A stretch of 63,877 nt of DNA, counting the filler, from Kipferlia bialata (Eukaryota): the NCBI GenBank assembly GCA_003568945.1. It is 4 parts of 4 records of this genome, joined end to end, with 100 filler letters (N's around TTAATTAATTAA, not from the genome) between each part and the next. Parts side by side here need not be neighbours in the genome. Positions count along the whole stretch, not along the records: positions 44,792 to 58,408 come from BDIP01000360.1; positions 58,509 to 63,877 come from BDIP01000361.1; 2 more parts are not named here. One strand, given 5' to 3'. The notes under the pieces were generated by a model that was given only the letters and a program-made list of their open reading frames with translations, was not told the origin of the DNA and ran no database searches. Positions 55,860 through 63,877 of this stretch are shown here, piece after piece. The translations under genes and the position numbers were made by a program. Each line of letters begins with the position of its first letter. Position 1 is the first letter of the stretch.

Positions 55860-55910
55860 TATATCAAGACATGTATATCGAGACATGTATATCGAGACAT
55901 GTATATTGAG
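55860..55910 (+). repeat. 14-bp minisatellite, ~3.6 copies
   Basis: TATATCAAGACATG, TATATCGAGACATG x2, TATATTGAG. Confidence 0.9.
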
Positions 55911-56093
55911 GAAGTTGTGAAGACTGATCCAATGGGAAATCATATCACACTCTACATCTCTGTCCATACTTGTATATATTGATCAGTGACGAAATATATT
56001 GAATGTGTCCCAAGTGGGATTCTCTACAAAGGCGCACAGCGACGGATACCATTGGATACCATTGGATACAGACATGAAGGACTGTGCTATTCT

Positions 56094-58353
56094 CTACTTG
56101 CCCCACTTCCTGTATGTGAGTGGAGGGGATATACGTAAGGGTATACGTGAGGGTATGTAGTTGTGGAATAGAAGAGAAGAAGGTGTGGGTGAGTGGGATA
56201 TTAGTAATACAGTGCGTATGCGAGAGGGATAAGTACACGTTCATGAATATCACGATAGTATAGTACACAGTGTAAGCATAGTATAGTACCTAGTGTATGC
56301 AGGGGGCAGGGCCGCCATGGCCTGTGCCGAGGGTGTCAGCACGTGGATGCACTCGGACTGCTCAATGGGACCCACCCAGGCTGTCACACCGCGCATGTCC
56401 CTGGGGGTGAGGGGTGAGACACACACACATTCATATGACACCAACTCATCGTACACCACTCCACCCCATACCTTATGAACTTTGTGTCGCACTGGGTGAC
56501 CCCCCTAGCCTTAGTCTTTGACTTCTTCTGCCGCACCACTCTGACAGACACCACCCCCGTGGAAGTGGCGCCAATCACCGACGGACACCCGTGGGTGTGT
56601 CCCTGTCCCTGGATGGGCCTGTGGACAGCCAGCACCCCATGCCTTCTGGCCACGAGGGCAGGGTCTGAGGTGGTGGTGGAGGGGGTCCATGTGCATGTGG
56701 CCAGGTCGAGTATGCATATCAGACCGTCCATGGCAAAGGACATGGCACGGGTCTCAGACACCACCACGGTGTGTGACAGGGTGGATGGGGTGAATGTGCC
56801 AATGTAGTCGGGCAGGCAGGGCACAGGGACGGGAAGGCGCTTGCACACAAGCATCCCGCAGGCCATATCCTCCTCCTCCTCCTCCCCCTCGCTCTCTCCC
56901 TCCGCAGCGGCAGAGGGGGCAGAAAGGGTGTAGACAGAGACAGGGGATGTGACGCTGCTGGAGGTGACCGCCAGGGTGTATGTGCCGTCCCCCATCTCCA
57001 TCGCATCGACGTGTCTGACGTTGCACATACCATCTCCCAGAATGGCCTCGGAGGCAGAGTCCGAGCCCTGCCCATCGTTGACAGAGGCCCTGAAGAGCAG
57101 AGAGAGCAGAGGCAGGGCTCCCAGGGCAAGGCCAAACACATCTCCCGAGGCAGTGCCACACACCAGCATGCCGGGGTTGTAGGTATCATCCGCCACGCTC
57201 ACAGACACGCTCTCGCCCTCTGCCTCGCCACCCAGGGGGGACGATGCAGTGAATACGGCGTAGGTGACTGGGGGCAGCTCGATGTCAACAACGGAGCAGT
57301 GCTGGAACCCGTCCTCGCCCCAGTGGAACCTGACCAGCCTAGAGGCCGTGGGGGTGGACAGGAGGAGGTACTCGGAGGTGGGGGACAGGGCTAGGCACAC
57401 GACACTGCGGGCAGGGACGTCAGAGATGCCTAGGATCTGGCGGTGAGGAGTGCATTCAACGGTATAGTGTGGGTGTGTATACATGACAGTATAGTATGTG
57501 TATGTATAACAGTCCATGAGCATGTCCCACCTTCTGGGGTGCCTGTATGGGCTCCTCCTCGTCCCTCGCTGGGTCTCCCTTCCTCTGTACCCTGGGGGCA
57601 TTGGAGGGGTCGGGGACTCCCCACACAGACACGCCCTGGGGGTTGGGGGGGGGGGATACATACACACTTAGGGAGGGAGGGAGGGAGAGAGAGAGGCACC
57701 CACCTCTGTATCCACAACCGCCAGACACCTAGGGGTGGGTACAAGGTCATTTCCTGGGGTGGTCAGGGGAGGTCAACAACATGGAGTATCTATACATTCC
57801 CCCACACACACATCACCCGTACCGATGGGGCTTCTGCCTGGGCTGCAGGAGTGGTGCTGATGGAGGGGTCTGTCCAGGGTACGCACATCGGGCTTGATAG
57901 GGAGGGACACGCAGTCGGCAAAGGACTGGGATGAGATGAAATAGTAGATAGAAATGGGATAGTACACGATGTGTATAACACACTACACCTCACCTGAATC
58001 AGGACCTCCCCGCTGACACCCCCTGAGAGCACAAGCCTCACAAGGTCATCCTTGTCGGTCTGGATCTTGCCCTGGGTGTCAGAGATACTTACAGACATAT
58101 GTATATATACGTATAACACAAAAGTATGCGTAATCCACACAACATACACCCAACCCTCCTGATGCTTATACGGCCCTAGTTAGCAATATACAGCAACACT
58201 TATTATAACTCATACTATCCCCCCCCCCCCCCACCTTCTTGATGCCTATTCTGCCCCTGGGTCTGATGAACTGTCTGGGTGACACGGCCACAGCACACAC
58301 CTCGTGGGTATGGGGGCGGTGCAGGGCAGACAGAGACAGATCGCCCTGGGTGC
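56094..58353 (-). CDS. UTP4: WD40 beta-propeller protein, UTP4/cirhin-like (SSU processome), 5'-partial
   Basis: HRPHTHEVCAVAV...LVLSGGVSG resembles the Utp4 HTHDVRA...SGGVD segment. Also VVCLALSPTSEYLLLST..SRLVRF. The C-terminus HVLTPSAQAMAALPPAYTR|KWGK* resembles the Utp4 end (LPP...KFG). A large exon lies within ORF 56384-57667. The orthology call is from remembered motifs. Confidence 0.6.
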
Positions 58354-58408
58354 CTGCCAGTAAGAAGGGGGGGGGGGGGGGGGGGAGAAAAAAAAATAAA
58401 TAAAAAAA

Positions 58409-58508
58409 NNNNNNNNNNNNNNNNNNNNNNNNNNNNNNNNNNNNNNNNNNNNTTAATTAATTAANNNNNNNNNNNNNNNNNNNNNNNNNNNNNNNNNNNN
58501 NNNNNNNN
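58409..58508. other. Artificial contig linker
   Basis: N44-TTAATTAATTAA-N44. Confidence 0.97.
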
Positions 58509-58559
<51 letters not shown>

Positions 58560-58585
58560 TCCCACGAGGGGAGAGACATATATAC

Positions 58586-59133
58586 CTGGCAGAGCTCCTC
58601 TATGAAGGGCGTCACTAGCTTGTTGTCCTCAAGGGACAGGAACTGGAGGTGGGGCAGGCACCCTAGCTCGGCTGGGGGTCAGGGTGTACAGGGGTATACA
58701 GTACAGTCTTAAGTGATGGGGAGGGGGGAGGGGGGAGATAGAGAGACCGCACCTGGGAGTTGTCCACTCATGCCAAACTCAGGGAGATAGAGCCCCATGA
58801 CCTCGTTGTCCACAGTGCAGTAGACACCTTCCTAGGGGTGAGAGGGGGGGGATGGGGGGGTATACAGTCAACAACCACGACGTCATCGATAATTTCTGAC
58901 AATATCTCAGGTAGATGTGCCACGATACGTACCCACTGGCAGACGTCTGGACTGACCAGCCACGTGTCCTGGCCCTCAATCCAGAGGGGGCCGTTGGTGC
59001 TGAAGTACAGGGCCTCCAGCGCATCACGCTCAGAGACCCCGTCACAGGCAGGGTACGGAGGGCCAGTCTCAGCTGCACACAGACACAGCGCTGCAAGAGC
59101 CGCGAGAAGCAAGGCCAGTATGCGCAATGACAT
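58586..59133 (-). CDS. Secreted/surface leucine-rich-repeat protein (signal peptide + LRR N-cap), 3'-partial
   Basis: Signal peptide MSLRILALLLAALAALCLCAAE. Then ERDALEALYFSTNGPLW..W...DVCQW|EGVYC...VMGLYLPEFGMSGQLP|AELGCLPHLQFLSLEDNKL. Three exons join in phase. Confidence 0.88.
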
Positions 59134-59537
59134 CTGGCTGTGCTTGTTCAAGAGAGGAAGCGCATCGGGCACATGCGTACAGTAACTCGAGGTATTGGTC
59201 AACAGTTACTATGGGTTCCCTCAACAGTAACACAGACCCATGATGGTGTCTGGTATACAGCTTCATACGATGATGTACTGATATAGAGTACGACAACTCA
59301 TTAGATCTGGGTACTGTTTTTGCTCTGTATACCCTTAGTCTAGGCCTTCTTCTCTAAGGCTTCGCGTTCATCTCTTACTAACAGTCACCTACCTAGGGAT
59401 ACTATCCTCATCCCTCTTTATTATACACCCTCCACGATTGCGATAATTCGGTGTGGCTCACAAAGAGCCACTGCACAAACAACAAGAATCCCATTCAAAG
59501 TCAAAACACATTCATATACACATACATATACTCATCT

Positions 59538-62500
59538 CTACATGGGCAACCCCGTGACGTAGTTGATGGCCGTGTCTGGGTCGTGTTCATCCGTCTTCAC
59601 AGTGCACAGCAGCTGCTGGCCAACATCTAGGGTAAGAGACAGGAGAGAGAGTGTCAAGTGTAGTACCATATGCATGCATCTCCCCACCTTGCCCCCCTCT
59701 GAGCAGGGGCACCCCGTACTTGTCATTAAAGGCATGGATCAGAGTGACCAGGGCGGCGTCGGCCCTGGGATGAGTGCACTCTTGCCTATAGAGGTGGGGT
59801 GAAGAGAATTGCCATACATAGTAACCACACCTAGTCTTGGAGGGCCCCTTCATACCACTGCGTCTGTCCAGCAGGTCTAGCAGCCTGGGGGTCAGAGGGT
59901 AGTTCTAGTGGTCTAAAATGGAAGGCATCACATACATACACATCAGACAGACCACAGATAGTGCCCCCCACCTAGACCTGTCAGCCAGGAATGCCACATG
60001 GGCTCTGTACAGCCTGACCAGGGACGGCCAGGGGTCGTTGAGAAGGGGGGCATTCATGCAGAAGAGATAGTCAACCTGAGGTCGGGGAATAGGATGGGTA
60101 ATGGTCACTGTCCATGTCTTGGGGACCCTCATATCCCAACACGTAGATCAGGGCAAAGATAACACCCATATAATAGTACACCACCCTACCTGGATGAGGA
60201 AGTCTGCGGTCTCTCCCTCGTTGACCTCTAGCTTGGCCCATGCCTTGTGCACGGCCCTCCTTAGCTCCACCACACTTCTCTCTCTCTCCCTGCGGCACTC
60301 AGCCAACCTCTCCTTCTCCACCTCTGGGTCTGCATCAACTGGCCCTTCCCTGTCCCTTATGGCCCTCTCCTGCCACGCCTCAGTCTGCCTCAGCACATTG
60401 GACAGCGTGGTGGTGAGGTAGGAGAGGGGGCCGGGGCGCCTCACAGGGAGCAGCCTCAGACAGGGGGCAAAGTCCAGTCGCTGCCCCTGACGTCAGTTGA
60501 ACGTAAGGAACATATATTAATAGGATAGGAGTACATGGCTGAAAGTAACATAGATACATACATGTATATACATATACACGGTGGCACCCCTGACCTTGGC
60601 TGTGTTGGGGTTGTCGTTGTCAACCACAGACACAGGCATGGTGACAGGGGTGGGGGGGGACAGGTACCCGAAGGGCGAGGTGCGGGAGGGGCTCTCAGCA
60701 ATGCCTTCCGCAAGTTGCCTCTCCCTCTCCCTCTCTCTCTCCATCTCCCTCTCTCCCAGTGTGACCAGGGCCCCAGTCATACTCTCTGAGATGGCCTTGG
60801 ATATGGCCTCAGGTACACCCCTGAGAGTGGCAGAGTGGCTAGACAGGGTCTCCTCAATAACCTGGGTCAGATAGAAGCTGGATGCTGTCATACTACTACA
60901 CGACAAAGAGACAGACACCCACCTCCATCTTGGGTAACAGGGACTCAATGATGTCCTCAGTCACATTGGACAGCAGCTCTCTGTGCTTCTCCAGAGCATC
61001 CCCTCCCTCTGTCCCCTCTACAGTCTGACACTCAGCGTCTACAGACGACACATGGTCACTGCCCACACACTGATCAACACCAGCCTCTCTCTCCCTTGCC
61101 AGCTCTCCCTCAGCCTCTTCCAGTCTAGCTGACAGGTCGCTAATCTGGCTGCGAGCCTCCCTCTCTCGCTCCCTACCCTGCTCCAGGCTCTTGACGGACT
61201 CGGCAAGCTCTGACTACAGGGTGAGACAGATGTCGAATGCATATAGTGAATACCACAAAGCCCATATACCCCCACCCCACCTCGAGCCCTGCCCTGTCGA
61301 CCAGCCCCTGGGTGACCCTCCTCATCTCTACCTCCAGCTGGGCACCAACAGCTGGACCCAGGGTGCCCTCCAGCGCTGCCTCGAGGCCTGACCCCAGACA
61401 GGCAGACAGGGCAGATGGGAGGGAGGTGTCCAGAGCAGAGGTAACAGCAGCGTCTACGTGCCCCTCCAGCACCTTATCCACCACAGACTCCATCACATCA
61501 AACATCTTGACCTGGGGTGAGGGGGAGGGGGGGTGATACCAATCGCGTAGATAACCAATAGTAGTGCATGCACCTGGATGCTTCCGCTGACACTAACAGC
61601 AGCAGATACAACTGCGGCCACTGCCTTGGTGAGTGTGTCCGGAAGGGCCTCCAGCACTGACAGCCTCTCCAGCGTGGTCAGACCCACCGCCACGCTCTCT
61701 GCCACCGTCTCGCACAGCATCGTCTGCATGTCCAGCCTCTCTCTCTCCTGGGTCTCCTTTGCGGTAGTCAGATGCCGGTCTATGCCAGCCTGGACCGATG
61801 TGGCCACGCTCTCCCTCACACTGATCAGCAGACCCTCCTTGAGCGCTGCCACAGTGTCTGACATTGCAGAGACGAGGTGGTGCGACAGAGACGCGTCTAT
61901 GCACGTGTCAGCCGTCGTGGTCAGGGAGGAGGAGAGAGCGGAGGAGAGGTGGGCAGAGAGAGACTCGGACAGAGTGTCCGAAAGGGTCCCGGTGATACTC
62001 GTCAAGAATCTCTCCCTCTCTCCCTCCCTCTCTGCCAGACGCCTCTCCCTCTCTCTCTCCCTCTCCACCTCCTCCCTCTCTCTCTCCTGTGCCTGGTCAG
62101 GTGACACAGTCAGAGCGGTCACACGCGCCATGAGCGTTGCATTCTCCTGACGGAGAGTCTCAATCTCCTTCTCCCTCTGCCTCTCCCGAGTGTCAGCTCT
62201 CTCTCTCTCCCTGTCGGCCTCTCTAGTCAGACTGGCCACCTTCTCTGCGCCTCTCTCTCTCTCTCGGGTGAGCTCTAACATCAGTGACTGCACCTCTCTC
62301 TCCCTCTGGGCATCTCTCTCCCTGTCCCTCTCCTCAGAGTGCTCTGCCTGGGCAGATAGCAGAGCCAACTTGGACTCCAGCGCCTGTGGTGAGATAAGGA
62401 ATGCATAATTGTGCGTCACAAAGACTGGACTGAGTAACAACTATGATTTCAATCCCAATACACTCACCTCGGCCCGTTGTACTACAGAGGTGTTGGCCCT

Positions 62501-63823
62501 ATCGGCCTGTTCTCTCTCCCGTATCCGCTCCGCCTTCGACGCTGCTAGCTGGGCCCTACCTGTAAGTACCACTGCATACATAAGATTAGAAGACTCGAAT
62601 TGAGTCATATACTCTCTCGTTTGCACTCCTACACACAGCCTGCCACCCCATACCTCAGGTCAGCCACTTCGTTCTCTAGCTCTTCCACGACCCTGAGTCG
62701 GTCTCTCTCCCACTCGGGGTCTCTGCCTACATCCGGCTCTGTCGCGAGGAACCCCACCTCCTCCGCATCCACCTCTCCCTCCCCCTCAGTACCCTCCGGT
62801 CCTAGCAGGGCTCTCTCCCTGGCCCGCTCTCTCTCCCTCTCGAGCTCTACCCTCAGGGCTAGGATCTCCTGCTCACGGATGTCTCTCTCTCTCTCCCTCA
62901 TGTCTGCCTTCACAACCTCGTCGGCCCTTTCTCTCTCCCTCTCTGCCCTCTCTGCAGCCACGGCAGCTCTCTCTGTGGCCATCCTCTGAATGGCAGACCT
63001 CGCATACGCAGTGACCTGGGATGAGGGATGAGGCAACGGAGGTCGTGTATATATATATGGGGGGAGTGACATATCCTGACCTTGAAGAGGGGGTCGTCCT
63101 CTGGGGACATCTCTGTGCCTATGGATACAAGGGGCACTATGACGGGGCGGGAGGCTGGGGGGTGAGAGACAGGGAGCTGATAGGCAGAAATGACCTCAAA
63201 GTAGACCCCCTAGGGTGCACGTGTGAAACATCGAAGGAAGAGTGTATGTCCCTCCGTGCCACCCCCTCTCTTAATGTATACACTGCTCTCCATTCCCCAC
63301 CTGGGTGTATGCGTCTGGTGGTGGGTGCCTCGGCTGATATGCAGGCAGCCCCCTCCCTCGCCCTCTCCTTCTCTCTCTCTCCTAGGGATGCGGTGTACAC
63401 TTTGAACCTGGGGTAAGGCACACAGAGGGAGATAATTACATAGTGAAACCAGGGCTACACACTATACACCACTATCATGTCTCCCCACCTGTTAAGGCTC
63501 TCCTCCACGTCCCCTATCTCCACTGTGTCCATCCTATCCACTAGGGCCTTGGTCTCAAACACACAGTCATAGGTAGGGGGAGGGGGGATGTTGTAGCGTC
63601 CTGGTGTTGGAACAGACATAGTAATAGGAGTATAGTGGTATGTATGCCGCAGATCCTCATATGAAGTCCGTATAACGATACTAGAGAGAAGTGTGAGAGG
63701 AATGGGGAGACAGACACCCACCTCCCCGCATCCTGGACATGGCTAGGGAGACACTGCGGGAGAGGGACACGGTCCTAGAGCCGGGGGCATCAGCGTCTGC
63801 AGAGGCATTGGCTCTGGTGGTGT
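59538..63823 (-). CDS. Multi-exon coiled-coil/alpha-helical protein of unknown function, continuing beyond the window
   Basis: Long exons lie in ORFs 62629-63072, 61493-62440, 61173-61505, 60517-60948 and 60148-60444. The final exons read VDYLFCMNAPLL... and DVGQQLLCTVKTDEHDPDTAINYVTGLPM*. Confidence 0.75.
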
Positions 63824-63877
63824 CTAGGGTTAACATTTGAAAGGGGGGGGGGGGGGGGGTGGGAAAAACACAAAGCC

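Noticed and set aside
58509..58558. Long poly-G run (and poly-C at 44804-44833 and 49450-49512) as G-quadruplex or telomeric elements
   Set aside because: These homopolymers sit at contig ends or a probable collapse point, so their lengths are unreliable, and there is no telomere repeat unit.

Overview
Eukaryotic, very intron-rich protist DNA. It is four assembly contigs (1-22298, 22399-44691, 44792-58408, 58509-63877) joined by artificial 100-bp N44-TTAATTAATTAA-N44 linkers. The (TA)n/(GA)n-filled introns, fused branch-point/acceptor sites and ERERER-rich proteins resemble the free-living fornicate Kipferlia bialata; this is an inference, not a search result. Hand-splicing recovers about 10 multi-exon genes: a >21-kb type-I surface protein, a long coiled-coil protein, a kelch-like protein, an EGF + CotH-kinase protein, a Rab GTPase, GSK3, a cyclophilin/NHL-repeat protein, a UTP4-like protein, a secreted LRR protein and a second coiled-coil protein. 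There is also a truncated tRNA-Leu-like gene. Most short ORFs in the track are microsatellite noise. The most unusual signal is a pervasive 'exon echo' architecture. Many exons are flanked by polarised arrays of partial copies of themselves: 5' parts with acceptors upstream and 3' parts with donors downstream. The copies break off into microsatellites and, in the cases I aligned by hand, differ from the real exon mostly at synonymous positions. Several introns also carry antisense tRNA T-arm fragments just before the 3' splice site.
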